IMG/VR virus record: IMGVR_UViG_2919367315_000001
Coordinates: 46-64,045 of that record
Length of the DNA: 64,000 bases
DNA from: a virus
Reading direction: 5' to 3' (one strand)
Part shown: in pieces, positions 49,550 to 59,314 of the stretch
Position numbering within the stretch: the stretch's first letter is position 1
Layout: every line of letters starts with the position of its first letter
Position numbers and translations under genes: made by a program
Notes under the pieces: generated by a model
Database searches by the model: none
What the model was told of the DNA's origin: nothing
The model's input: only the letters and a program-made list of their open reading frames with translations

Positions 49550-50774
49550 TACCTACCACCGCCTCTACCCAATCATCAATTAGATCGTCTTCTGTATTGC
49601 CTTCTCCCGTGACCTTTGCTCTTTCAAGTTCAAGTTTCTCACGCTGCATCTTAAGTTTTTCGTCCTCAAGCATCCGTTTATGTTTGTCTGGAAGCAGATC
49701 CATGTATTTTGTCAGTACGTCCAAAGCCTTTGTTTTATCGTGAAGCTTAACACTTACGCCATCCTTGCCCTGCTTTACTTCTGAAACTAGCGTGCCGTCA
49801 ATTTCATCACTGTTTTTAAAAGCAACAAAATTATATCTATACTTCTTATTGTCTCCAGTGTCAGGATCAAAGACCGGTTCTCCTTCCAATCCAAGAACAT
49901 CTTCTTCCTTCTGACCAAATTCTACGTAATCTGTAATGTCTGCAAAAGCTATTTTCATGTACTCCATCAGTACGCGCTGAGCATTCAATCCTATCTCATC
50001 AATCATAGATTCCTTATGCTGCCGAATAATGTTTTGAATTTCAACTTTCTTCAACAGAGCGAAACCGATCTGATAGGCAGTTTTTTTACTGTATCCCGCC
50101 GCAATGGCTGACCTCGTGGCATTGAAGTCTCGAAGGTACTCATAAGTGAATATCCTTTGCTTAGGCGTTAATCCATCTTCATCAGGAATTTCAGGTTCCA
50201 GTTCTTCAACAACAATTGGAACGCTCTGTGCTTTTTTGGAACGTTCCATATTACCGGAGCGTTCCGATACCTTTTTCGGAGCGTTCCGTATTTCTGGAGT
50301 AGCAACTTTTAGTTCTTTAGAGAGCGCATCAACTGTAAGTGGGGTAGCATATACCTCTCTTGGCTTATCACCTTGATATGTACCAATGAATTTGCGCCGC
50401 TCCATTTCATCAATCAGTCGGGCCGCTCTGCTATAACCTATCCTCATTCTTCGCTGCAATAAAGAAACCGAGGCTTGTTTGGCCTCGGCAACAATTTGGA
50501 CAGCTTTTAGAAAGAGCTCATCCGAATATGATGTTGGTTCTTCATCTTCATTTGGAGGTTCCTTTTTTTGATCAGTTTCATTCCCATCGGAACCTTCCGT
50601 ATGTTTTGCTTCTCCAGCAAGTAAACTCTCCCACTTATCTTTTGCCTTCCATCCTCTTACCGTACCTTCAGATACACTAAGTTGAGAGGCTATATCTGTG
50701 AGACGTATGTTGCCGGAACTGGCTTTGTATAAATCAAATGCTTCGTCCCGTTTCGGATCTCTCTTTCGTCCCAT
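49485..50774 (-). CDS. terS: Terminase small subunit with internal FtsK-gamma domain
   Basis: N-terminal HTH ([12 protein letters not shown]); [25 protein letters not shown] (FtsK gamma); LTPKQRIF...[12 protein letters not shown] (Terminase_2). Confidence 0.9.
   Translation of the reverse strand: MGRKRDPKRDEAFDLYKASSGNIRLTDIASQLSVSEGTVRGWKAKDKWESLLAGEAKHTEGSDGNETDQKKEPPNEDEEPTSYSDELFLKAVQIVAEAKQASVSLLQRRMRIGYSRAARLIDEMERRKFIGTYQGDKPREVYATPLTVDALSKELKVATPEIRNAPKKVSERSGNMERSKKAQSVPIVVEELEPEIPDEDGLTPKQRIFTYEYLRDFNATRSAIAAGYSKKTAYQIGFALLKKVEIQNIIRQHKESMIDEIGLNAQRVLMEYMKIAFADITDYVEFGQKEEDVLGLEGEPVFDPDTGDNKKYRYNFVAFKNSDEIDGTLVSEVKQGKDGVSVKLHDKTKALDVLTKYMDLLPDKHKRMLEDEKLKMQREKLELERAKVTGEGNTEDDLIDDWVEAVVGNEDEGLAGDETEASSIQDTDS
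50218..50287. repeat. Four GGARCGYTC(C) repeats inside terS
   Basis: ggaacgctct 50218, ggaacgttcc 50238, ggagcgttcc 50256, ggagcgttcc 50278. Confidence 0.75.
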
Positions 50775-50814
50775 ATCTTATTATTCACCCCTTTTGATAA
50801 TGTATCTGAAGCTA

Positions 50815-50829
50815 AGGAAAAGTTTCCTG
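50815..50829. promoter_or_regulatory. Palindrome copy 4 (upstream of terS)
   Basis: aggaaaagtttcctg, ~40 bp before the terS start. Confidence 0.65.
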
Positions 50830-50846
50830 AACAAATAAAAAAGCCA

Positions 50847-51086
50847 CTATTCAGCAGCTTTCTCTTGTTTTTCTTTGTATTCTCTTAGATAGTCCACTTC
50901 AATTTGGAAACCTTTTTTATACCAATTTCGTCCAAAGAATTCCCAGTAGCCCTCTTGAATATGGTATTCTTCTTTAATATGTTTCCAATCCATATAATTT
51001 GTAAGAAAGTGTACCCAAATGAGTGATGATAATGATAGCGGTATGATTACAAAAACAATTATAAAGTCTCTTAATTTTTTATTCAC
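50847..51086 (-). CDS. Small membrane protein
   Basis: One TM helix; RBS aggag. Confidence 0.6.
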   Translation of the reverse strand: MNKKLRDFIIVFVIIPLSLSSLIWVHFLTNYMDWKHIKEEYHIQEGYWEFFGRNWYKKGFQIEVDYLREYKEKQEKAAE

Positions 51087-51347
51087 TCAAATTCATCTCC
51101 TATATTGTTCCATACGATAGTATCGACATTAAGGATGCAGAATTTTATACAACAATACAGCCTTTAATCCAAAATTAAAAAGAGCAGCGATTTTACGCTG
51201 CTCCTATTGTAGTGATCGGTAATTTATAACATACGGTTACCGCTAATCCGCCATGCCTGGAATGGGCCTTCAATAGACATCCTTCTTGCTTCGGGTTTAT
51301 ATTACCCTCTGAGTCCTGTCTCCGATTTAGTTTTAGTTTTGGAAAAA

Positions 51348-51602
51348 TTACTGAAGCTGAACAGCTAGTGCTTTAAGGCCACTTGGTACAGCGATTTGTT
51401 TGCCATCATGTTCATTTCCGTTTACATAAGCTGTTTCTTTGTCTACATAGTAAACTACACCTTCACCGCCGATAATCGGGAAGCCGCTTTCGTCGTAATC
51501 CAGATTTGTACCTACATACTTGCCATGCTTGGCTGCTTCACTCTCCAACGGATGAAGGTGTAAAATCCCCATGTTGTCCAAGTAAGCGTAACTATGTGCC
51601 AT
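51348..51602 (-). CDS. Hypothetical phage protein
   Basis: ORF with RBS aggagg. Confidence 0.7.
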   Translation of the reverse strand: MAHSYAYLDNMGILHLHPLESEAAKHGKYVGTNLDYDESGFPIIGGEGVVYYVDKETAYVNGNEHDGKQIAVPSGLKALAVQLQ

Positions 51603-51893
51603 GTTTATTGCCTCCTAAAATAGTTTTAATTTGTTCCTGAATAAAGTGTAAATCCTTTCTACTCCGTACCTACTACGGATTTACATAGTTCCTACTGTCA
51701 GCAGAAGCTAAAGTATTAGGCTGAGTGTCTTTATTCCATGCAACCTTTCGAATTGTCATACCGCTAGACTCCATAAAATAAGTTTTAGACTGACCTTAGA
51801 AATTGGAACAGCGACAACCAAGGACGAGAAAATAAAGTCCTAGACTGTCGCTGTTCCATTGAACTAACGTTTCCCGTTAGCGTAATGAGACTG

Positions 51894-52142
51894 TCACTTT
51901 TTCAAAAGTGGTTTCCAGTTCTCATTACGCTCATCGTTAATCGTTGGCTTACGATTAACATGCCCTTGTAAATAAGCTTCTTGATATTGCCTTAGCGATT
52001 CAATATTTGCTCCCCCTTCATAATCGGGATCGTGATATTGAACAACATCATCCTCCCAAAAACAAATATCACAAATGTCATAGGTACCTGGTGGTTCATA
52101 ATCCAGTGTCTTATAACCACAGCATGGACATGCATATTTCAT
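51894..52142 (-). CDS. CPCC-family cysteine-rich protein
   Basis: CPCCGYKTL...YDICDICFWEDD...GGANIESL. Confidence 0.9.
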   Translation of the reverse strand: MKYACPCCGYKTLDYEPPGTYDICDICFWEDDVVQYHDPDYEGGANIESLRQYQEAYLQGHVNRKPTINDERNENWKPLLKK

Positions 52143-52487
52143 ATATAGTGACCTCCACATAAACAGTCAGCACTTTGTTGTGTTCGCTATATGATTAACC
52201 TAGCCTGCCCGTTATCTTAATGTAAAACGGAGCTGCTGCTGACAGCAAACTGCTCCGTTTAAATTTAAAATAATGCGTCCCAATCGTCTAATAATTGCCG
52301 CATATAAAAAATGAGTTCTTCGATGACAGAATAACTTCACGTCTTGAACAAAGGAGATTTATCTGAACCACCAATCAAATCAACTGTGAAAAATAAGGAG
52401 ATAAAGTGTCCTCTGTGGGCTATTGTTTTTACTGCACTTGAAGTGAGACGAACAAGTGAGGGGGCGTTCCCCTCACTTTATTCTTAA

Positions 52488-53309
52488 CTAGGAATAGTAT
52501 ACTTGTTCCACTTTATATAATGTATGCTCGATAGTTGGACAAAGTTCGGCATCTACTTTGTGAAATTTAACTCGAAAGTATAAACTTTTCAAGAAGTTCT
52601 TTATATTATTTTTTTGCTTAAAGGCATGAAGAAATTCTGGATTTTTCTCCACGTCACCAAAACTTTGGATCCATTTCTCTACATAGGTCTGACTAAGTAT
52701 TTTTCTATTTAAAACACTAATTACGGATTTCACCATTCTTTCATCTTCCCCATCTGAGTAAACTCGATCTGTAACGGTCATCTTTTCATAAACCAAATCG
52801 AGGATGGTTAAGAGGTCTTTTTTGTCCAGTTCGGGACATTGGGCCAAATCGTCCAAAGCATCTGCTGCATGAGCTATGGCATGAGCCCATCCTTTTTCTT
52901 CATCATACCCACGGTAATCTCGCTCCTTATGTATATTATAAAATACTTTCTCTTTGATCTGATGAATATGCTCTCTTGAGAGAAACGGTGATGCCCTATG
53001 CCTCATAAGGAGAAGTGGTATAACTAGCATAGAGAAAGATCTAGTGAAGACAGAGTCTGTATTTATTTCATCAAGCCTGAAAAGCAAATGGTTTTTATCC
53101 AAAACAACGGGTAAGAGTTGTTCCAGTTCGTTTACAGTTAGAGCATTACCAGGAATCCAATTGGATAAGGTTGTATAAATTAGCTCATCACGTAATTGGG
53201 CATCTAAAGAACCGATGTTATTCATCATCTCTTGTATCAATTGGAATGTATCGGAAGGTGCTTGGTAGCCATTTGCTTTTATCAATATCAACTTTTCTTT
53301 TAGATTCAT
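52488..53309 (-). CDS. DUF2785 family protein
   Basis: LRDELIY...VFTRSFS...DYRGYDEEKGWAHAIAHAADALD...DGEDERM. Confidence 0.85.
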   Translation of the reverse strand: MNLKEKLILIKANGYQAPSDTFQLIQEMMNNIGSLDAQLRDELIYTTLSNWIPGNALTVNELEQLLPVVLDKNHLLFRLDEINTDSVFTRSFSMLVIPLLLMRHRASPFLSREHIHQIKEKVFYNIHKERDYRGYDEEKGWAHAIAHAADALDDLAQCPELDKKDLLTILDLVYEKMTVTDRVYSDGEDERMVKSVISVLNRKILSQTYVEKWIQSFGDVEKNPEFLHAFKQKNNIKNFLKSLYFRVKFHKVDAELCPTIEHTLYKVEQVYYS

Positions 53310-53799
53310 TTTACACACTCCTACTATATTGCTTGCTATTAATTTCTTATTCATCTCTATTTTAGTAACAATCCAAGCTAGTTCATGTATTAACTGAACA
53401 TCATACTTTGAGCACCTTGTAATAGTAAGGAAATAACGAGCCTCCGGGCGATTTCACACTACACACTATGAATTCCTCCTTAAAATCACCAGCTAATTGG
53501 ATCGATTTCATAAATCGAAAGCCTGGATATTACTTTTAGTCACTGTAATAAAGGATTTGCCGCTCTAATAGCGAGAAACTAGTAGTTCCTGCCCTTAATA
53601 ATTTTTCACTCACTCTGTTCTCCTAATTTAATTACTTGAATAAATAGATTCCCACATATATGCCTTTCCCCTTTTAATTATCCTTTTGTATATTCAACTA
53701 TCCTACCCGTTACTTCAATGAAAAAAAGCAGCCCCTCATGAACTGCCCTACTGCTAGTCACTTCAACAATAGGATGAGTTCATTCAAGGGCTACCTCAT

Positions 53800-54069
53800 T
53801 TACCAAGTAATCCAACCACTCGTTCGTTTGTAACTGTGTAGGAGCTCGTATTCTTCACTACGCATCAGTCGTTTCATTTTTGTTCTATACAGACGATAAT
53901 CATCTTTTCTTGCTATTTTACATTCTTTGTTGTAATGAACACTCTTGATTCCTTTACGGAAATCCTTAAGCTTCTCTTTTCTTGGATCTTTGGGCTTATT
54001 ATTGATCTCCAGACTACGCTGTTTCTCATCTTCCCAGGATTGAATCTCTTCCCGTGTAAACATCTTCAT
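53800..54069 (-). CDS. Basic hypothetical protein
   Basis: Lys/Arg-rich ORF ending TSGWITW. Confidence 0.6.
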   Translation of the reverse strand: MKMFTREEIQSWEDEKQRSLEINNKPKDPRKEKLKDFRKGIKSVHYNKECKIARKDDYRLYRTKMKRLMRSEEYELLHSYKRTSGWITW

Positions 54070-54260
54070 CCCCGTTGTGCCGGGTTAGATTTTGGCATTT
54101 GAAGCCATGACCTTAGACACAACTAATAGAAGAAGATCTTCGGATTGAACATTAAATCACCTCTGATTTTATTCACCCTTATTTTAACATATATCCTGTC
54201 CGTTAGTTCAACAGGCGCCTATTCTTATGATACCATCGTGTTGCTTTAGTATCTTAATCT

Positions 54261-54731
54261 CTAGGTAACCTTTAAGGAAAAATGATAAAACGCATCGCCA
54301 CGAGATTGGTTCTCTACATCTTCATCCATCCACCATACCCCGTATGAATAAAAATATGTCCCTTTTTCTGTAGGAACTTGAAAACTATTTTCTTTCAATA
54401 AAACTTCTGTAAGCCTTCCTTCATAGAATTGCTTGACATGAAATTTATTCGGTTGGGGCTCATAATTCATAAGGAATTTTACAACATCACCAGGCTTTAC
54501 TGGAATCGGTTCTTTTCCTTTTAAAAGTTCAACTGGACCAGCTGAATCTACACATGATGTTGTCCAGCAGTATGTGCCGAGTTTTGTTTTGTACATTCGT
54601 TTATCAATCTGAATTTGAACCTTTGGTGGTTCCTCTCCCTCAAGGTCCTTATTTTTTGGCTGAACACCCGTGCAACCAACTATACATATAAGAGTTAGTG
54701 CCATAATGAATAACAATACTGTATTCTTCAA
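54261..54731 (-). CDS. Lipoprotein
   Basis: Lipobox IVGC; LGTYCWTTSCVD. Confidence 0.8.
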   Translation of the reverse strand: MKNTVLLFIMALTLICIVGCTGVQPKNKDLEGEEPPKVQIQIDKRMYKTKLGTYCWTTSCVDSAGPVELLKGKEPIPVKPGDVVKFLMNYEPQPNKFHVKQFYEGRLTEVLLKENSFQVPTEKGTYFYSYGVWWMDEDVENQSRGDAFYHFSLKVT

Positions 54732-54981
54732 ATAAACCCTCCTATCTTTATTCGATCCTAATTATTCAACGATAGAAGAAGTAAATTTGTTACAAATCAA
54801 ATTCATGAGATTAGTAAAATACTGTTTAATATGTTTTTTTCGGAATTAAGATTACTTGTTGAACTAAACTGCCCGTTAGCTTAATGAAGCATCCTCAAGA
54901 CTATTACTTATTTTTCAGTCTATAACTTTATTTTCTTCTGACACCTACAATAAAGACCGCAAAGGCTAAAGCCCTTGCGGT

Positions 54982-55623
54982 CTAATTTACTTCTGGCATC
55001 CTGAGTCCAATTTCACCTTCCTTGTTACGGCCCCGACCATAGTCGATGATCACAAAATCCAATGTTCGGTTGACTTTAAGACTTTTTGCTAAATTTTCTA
55101 TGACCTTGCGTCTTTTGTCAGCGAATGTTGTGGCCGATATACCATGAATCCCTTTTTTATACTCTCTACTCATATACTGTTGAGCTTTTAGATACTTCAT
55201 CCCATCTAGGAACAAAAGCTTTGCAGCAAGCCTTTCATGCGCATCTCTAATATTAGAGATTGCAAAATAGATATTGTTTGTAATAAGGAGATAGAACCTG
55301 TAATTTATGTGGCGCTGATCCTTGAGCAAAACAGTATTTGCCGTCACGTCTGCCGTCAGTTCTTGACCTGTTATCCTTTTTGCTACAGAGCCTTCGGCTG
55401 AAAGCAAGTCATACGCCGACATTCCGTTTTCAATCTGCTCCAGTGAATGTTCATAGTTTTTGATTACATCAATTAAGTCAGTATATTTGTTCAGCAGCCA
55501 CTTTGTTTTTCTTATATCTACTGCATCTACATCGTCAAAGAAGTTTACTTGGACTATTCTCTGTGTATCAGTAGACTCATCTTCAAGACTATTTGCTATA
55601 CACATTTGATTATCATTCATCAT
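54982..55623 (-). CDS. ArpU/RinA-like phage transcriptional activator
   Basis: TKWLLNKY...ERLAAKLLFLDG...TTFADKRRKVIENLA; position before packaging genes; terminator 54952-54983. Confidence 0.65.
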   Translation of the reverse strand: MMNDNQMCIANSLEDESTDTQRIVQVNFFDDVDAVDIRKTKWLLNKYTDLIDVIKNYEHSLEQIENGMSAYDLLSAEGSVAKRITGQELTADVTANTVLLKDQRHINYRFYLLITNNIYFAISNIRDAHERLAAKLLFLDGMKYLKAQQYMSREYKKGIHGISATTFADKRRKVIENLAKSLKVNRTLDFVIIDYGRGRNKEGEIGLRMPEVN

Positions 55624-55756
55624 TTATCATTCCTTTATATAATGTGATAATTTGGTGAAATCGTTATTTCTGGTAGTTAAATGGAAATAGAAACACTATA
55701 ATAACCTTACACCATAGTTTGCACACGAAGATAAACAAACTAAGGAGGCTTTACTT

Positions 55757-56083
55757 TTGAAAAAATCTATTATCACTTTGGCTGCGGGTACAGTTCTTCT
55801 TGGGGCATTGTCTGTACCGTCTTTAGGTTTTGCAGAACAACCCCAAACTTCAGCAAATATTTCTTCTGAGACATCATATACTCCGTCTCAAAAGAACAGC
55901 AAATGGGTCACTGGTATCAGAGGTGCAACGGTTAATGAGGATAAGAAATCGACAGTTCCAACGTCAAAATTTTACATAGAAGGAGGCTTTGCAGGAGATC
56001 TTTATTTGTATAAATGGCAACAAAAAGGCAACCATAGAGTATGCCCATTATATCAAGGCTTCGTTTACAAAATACTCCCTTAA
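55757..56083 (+). CDS. Small secreted protein (moron)
   Basis: RBS aaggagg, TTG start, signal peptide, terminator ~56101-56132. Confidence 0.75.
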   Translation: MKKSIITLAAGTVLLGALSVPSLGFAEQPQTSANISSETSYTPSQKNSKWVTGIRGATVNEDKKSTVPTSKFYIEGGFAGDLYLYKWQQKGNHRVCPLYQGFVYKILP

Positions 56084-56361
56084 TAATAAAAGCAACTCTA
56101 AAGTAAGCACTTTTTTTCATAGGTGCTTACTTTTTTCATCGTTATTATTTTCCATATTTAATCCTCACCTCGCTTGCCGGCACAGTCTCGATCAACATGT
56201 ACCTATCTACTTGCACTACACCTACATATAACAGTAATGCGCATAATATAGAGGTATAGGCTCTTATCATCGACTTTTCCCCCAATAGGTAGATGCGATG
56301 CAGAATGAAACGAACATAATAACTACCCAGACAATGTTTTGATCCATGAACTCCCACATAT

Positions 56362-56742
56362 TCATAGCTTGTCTCCTTTACCTTGTAGTAGAGACGCGTG
56401 TTCAGGTTGACCGTGCGTGTAGAGTATTTGCCACATACACTCTGCTGCGGCTCCTGGTTCTTCATGAAGTTCGTATTCAGCAATGGATTTTTCAATGGCG
56501 CTGCGCAGTCTGGCTATCTCTGCATCCTTTTGTTGTATAAGGGATTCAGCCTCGCCCAATTTCTTATATACAGCGTCTCGATCACGGGAAGCAGCCGCAT
56601 GCCTTTCTGTCGCCTCGTCCGCTCGTTTTTCCTCATATTTAGCCCAGCCGTAATTGTCCATAGCTGTTTTCTTCCATTCTGAATGCGAGTCCTCAAGCTG
56701 CTCGTATGTCATTTTTGGATACTGTTGTGGTTTATCTGTCAT
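56362..56742 (-). CDS. Hypothetical phage coiled-coil protein
   Basis: ORF from MTDKPQQ. Confidence 0.6.
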   Translation of the reverse strand: MTDKPQQYPKMTYEQLEDSHSEWKKTAMDNYGWAKYEEKRADEATERHAAASRDRDAVYKKLGEAESLIQQKDAEIARLRSAIEKSIAEYELHEEPGAAAECMWQILYTHGQPEHASLLQGKGDKL

Positions 56743-57040
56743 TGTTGTTCCTCCCAAATAAGGTATCGTAATAGAGTCTCCCCGGCTTTCTTTCGTGGTT
56801 ATCCTGTATATATTTCCAAAGCTTGCTGCACGATGGACAAAATTCAAGCCCGCCATAAACAGTCATACATTTCGTGCACATTTGGTTATTGCATGTTTCA
56901 TGCTGCATGCCGATCATTCGTCCTTTTTCATCCTTAGCTGTTGTGAAAAAGTGGTCAATTATGAAATCACAAAGCTGTGTCGCCTCTCGTTTTTTGCAAA
57001 ATGGACATGGATACTTTGGCATCTTAAACACTTCCGCCAT
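56732..57040 (-). CDS. Zn-finger hypothetical protein
   Basis: CPFC...QLCDF...TCNNQMCTKC...FCPSC. Confidence 0.7.
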   Translation of the reverse strand: MAEVFKMPKYPCPFCKKREATQLCDFIIDHFFTTAKDEKGRMIGMQHETCNNQMCTKCMTVYGGLEFCPSCSKLWKYIQDNHERKPGRLYYDTLFGRNNNDR

Positions 57041-57083
57041 ACCATTGCTCCTTCCTATCATTCCGTGCATTTAAACGATATGA

Positions 57084-57404
57084 TCAATCCATTTGTCGAT
57101 AAGCTATTGCATCATATCCACGGTTCACCATCACATCTACAAACACAGTAACAGCTTTGTCGCGCTGATTTGCTTGTCCTTTACTAACCGATAGCATATA
57201 ACCCTCTCCAATCCAGCGGCGTTTACCACGACAGTATAGACCTGCTTCCTTGATTGCTTCTAAAACCTTCGTTTCTCGCGCTCTTGGCAGTGTAAGAAAC
57301 ACTTTATCCATATTAGCCGTGCCATTGTCCTCTATCCGATCAGTAGCCACCAAGGCGGCGTTATGTGCGGCTCGTAGATCATCAGTCAGCTTCTTATAGT
57401 CCAT
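57084..57404 (-). CDS. Hypothetical phage protein
   Basis: ORF with RBS gaggagg. Confidence 0.7.
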   Translation of the reverse strand: MDYKKLTDDLRAAHNAALVATDRIEDNGTANMDKVFLTLPRARETKVLEAIKEAGLYCRGKRRWIGEGYMLSVSKGQANQRDKAVTVFVDVMVNRGYDAIAYRQMD

Positions 57405-57705
57405 CTATAAATCCTCCTCGGCTTTCAAGTGGTCCTGCACCCTTGATTTAGGCACACTCAGTTGCAAAGGCTCTAAAGTCTCCCAGTATGTCATTGCCTT
57501 TAATCGCATCCTCTGGTATCCAAATTTCACACTTGATCCGATGGTATCCTTTGTGCTTTCCTTGCTTAGACGGTGCGTAAATTTGGGCTTGTCCTGAGTA
57601 TGGGGCAACCACCCACATACGTTCATCACGGGGATTCTCCTGCATGGAATCGCTAAGGTGATTTGGATCAACGTCAAATATTACGTTTCTGATTTCGTTT
57701 ATCAT
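57405..57705 (-). CDS. Hypothetical phage protein, possibly frameshifted near its 3' end
   Basis: MINEIRNV frame stops at 57448; tail PKSRVQDHLKAEEDL* lies in another frame abutting the next gene. Confidence 0.45.
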
Positions 57706-57875
57706 GGTATATCCCTCCGTTGTTCCATCCTTTTCATGAAATAAAGGTGAAGCATTCTGTTTAAATCCTTCTCTGTTATTTCAAATTCAATCATTTGTCC
57801 CGGAAGCTGTATGACCGCTGGAACATTGTCATTTTTGTTTAGCTTCAACTCATACATAAAGGTTCCTTTTGCCAT
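57702..57875 (-). CDS. Small hypothetical protein, 57 aa (not in ORF track)
   Basis: MAKGTFMYELKLNK...EQRRDIP*; RBS aagggagga; ATGA overlap with next gene. Confidence 0.6.
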   Translation of the reverse strand: MAKGTFMYELKLNKNDNVPAVIQLPGQMIEFEITEKDLNRMLHLYFMKRMEQRRDIP

Positions 57876-58050
57876 ATCTATATATCCTCCCTTAGTGGGT
57901 GCAGGTGTTACCTACACCCTATATAGGCTTAATCATCATAAGTGTTGAGTTAAAACCTTGGCTCTCATATTGTCTACAACTTCATTTAACATATTGTTAA
58001 CCTCTATTAAATCTGATAAAATTAAATTCAAAAAATTAGGAGATAAAAAA

Positions 58051-58254
58051 ATGGATTTGGTATTCGGATTTATTTTTATGGCTATCGGACTTTATGGTGG
58101 ATTCAGAGCTTTTGTAATTACTCGTAATCCAGAGGCAAAAAAGAGATATCCAAAAACAACATTAAAGGCTATAACTTTTTTTGCTTACTTTATATTTATC
58201 TCTTACGCATTAATTATTATTGTAGAAGGTATAAAGTATCTCTCTCAGTTATGA
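58051..58254 (+). CDS. Small 2-TM membrane protein (moron)
   Basis: RBS aggag; MDLVFGFIFMAIG. Confidence 0.7.
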   Translation: MDLVFGFIFMAIGLYGGFRAFVITRNPEAKKRYPKTTLKAITFFAYFIFISYALIIIVEGIKYLSQL

Positions 58255-58308
58255 TTCATTTGGTAGTTGCAGGTAGTCCCCATTTGGGGGTATAGGGGTA
58301 AGAGGCTG

Positions 58309-58713
58309 TTATGCCTCAACCCTCTTCAAATATTCCGTAGCAAATCCGCCGCTGTATCCTTCAAGCCTTACAACCTCCGAACCACACAAGTCCCAAGGCT
58401 CGGATTCTACTGTCCAAACCTTGTCCTTGTACTTCTCCTTACGGGCTTCATAGCAGGTGTGCATTACAACCCGATCACCAGGCTTTAGCGGTTCCTGAGC
58501 ATTTACTTCACTCACTGCCCATCTTGCAAAATCACCGGAATAGCATGACTTTTCTTTGCCTTCCTTGCCGCTCCGGTCGATGGGTGTGTAAAATACGTCC
58601 CCAATCGGTCCAGACCCATCAACACCGCATACTCTGAATTTGTTAACCCGTCTCATAAGTCCACTTTTGCCGATAAATGTTTTATCTGGATTAATGCTTG
58701 ATGGTGTAATCAT
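58309..58713 (-). CDS. Hypothetical phage protein
   Basis: LKPGDRVVMHTCYEA...WTVESEPW. Confidence 0.7.
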   Translation of the reverse strand: MITPSSINPDKTFIGKSGLMRRVNKFRVCGVDGSGPIGDVFYTPIDRSGKEGKEKSCYSGDFARWAVSEVNAQEPLKPGDRVVMHTCYEARKEKYKDKVWTVESEPWDLCGSEVVRLEGYSGGFATEYLKRVEA

Positions 58714-58842
58714 GTATATCTCTCCTTTGGTATAGGGGATGCATTGTGTCTCTCCCCCTTATGGAGAGCTAAGCCTCCTAAACTGTCTTACTATGCTTGT
58801 CCGATAAAGCGGCATGAAGCTGTGTAGCTAGTGCAACACTGA

Positions 58843-59046
58843 TTATGTTATATCCTCCACGATTTGGACGGTCACTGACGCAGTAGCCCCTTCGTCCATA
58901 TTATCAACGAGCAATTCCTGGACATCCTGAGCCATCTCTTCTAACCGTTCTGTGCGTTCATCTTCTGACATAGATCCGAATATCTCTTCGCCTTTATCGT
59001 CCAGTACCCACTCAGCTGATGCACTTATTACAAGTTTCCTACTCAT
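58843..59046 (-). CDS. Acidic hypothetical protein
   Basis: ORF with RBS. Confidence 0.6.
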   Translation of the reverse strand: MSRKLVISASAEWVLDDKGEEIFGSMSEDERTERLEEMAQDVQELLVDNMDEGATASVTVQIVEDIT

Positions 59047-59079
59047 CGTTTTCCCTCCTTCTTATCCCCTATGGGGCAA

Positions 59080-59277
59080 CTATTTTGATTTGTCCCAAGA
59101 GCTTGATGCCACAATTTTCACAGTGCCCGCAACATTGTTCAGTGTGTATTTCCGTTCTTCCTTTCCGTTGTCCAGTTTGTTCCAGGGGTCTATATGAAAA
59201 GAAATTCCCTCCTGCTTATTTAAATAATTGGCTACCACGTTCCAAGCTCGCTGTACGTCCTTTGGTACATTTCCCAT
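59080..59277 (-). CDS. Hypothetical protein
   Basis: ORF from MGNVPKD. Confidence 0.55.
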   Translation of the reverse strand: MGNVPKDVQRAWNVVANYLNKQEGISFHIDPWNKLDNGKEERKYTLNNVAGTVKIVASSSWDKSK

Positions 59278-59314
59278 TTGTTTTATGCCTCTCTCTGCCC
59301 TATGGGCTATATAT

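Larger units (their letters stand above)
51859..54886. repeat. Five ~28-bp imperfect palindromes separating single cargo genes
   Basis: Copies at 51859, 52195, 53693, 54184, 54859; consensus TTnAACTA-nn-CTGCCC-GTTAGyTtAATG. Confidence 0.75.

Noticed and set aside
49485-50774. FtsK DNA translocase
   Set aside because: Only the gamma domain is present; no Walker motifs or motor domain.
51200-51340. Possible tRNA or ncRNA upstream of the late operon
   Set aside because: No cloverleaf, T-loop or recognisable Rfam motif by eye.
51859-54886. Classical integron attC array or CRISPR array
   Set aside because: Sites do not fit RYYYAAC/GTTRRRY well and no intI is present; spacers are gene-sized and irregular, with no cas genes.
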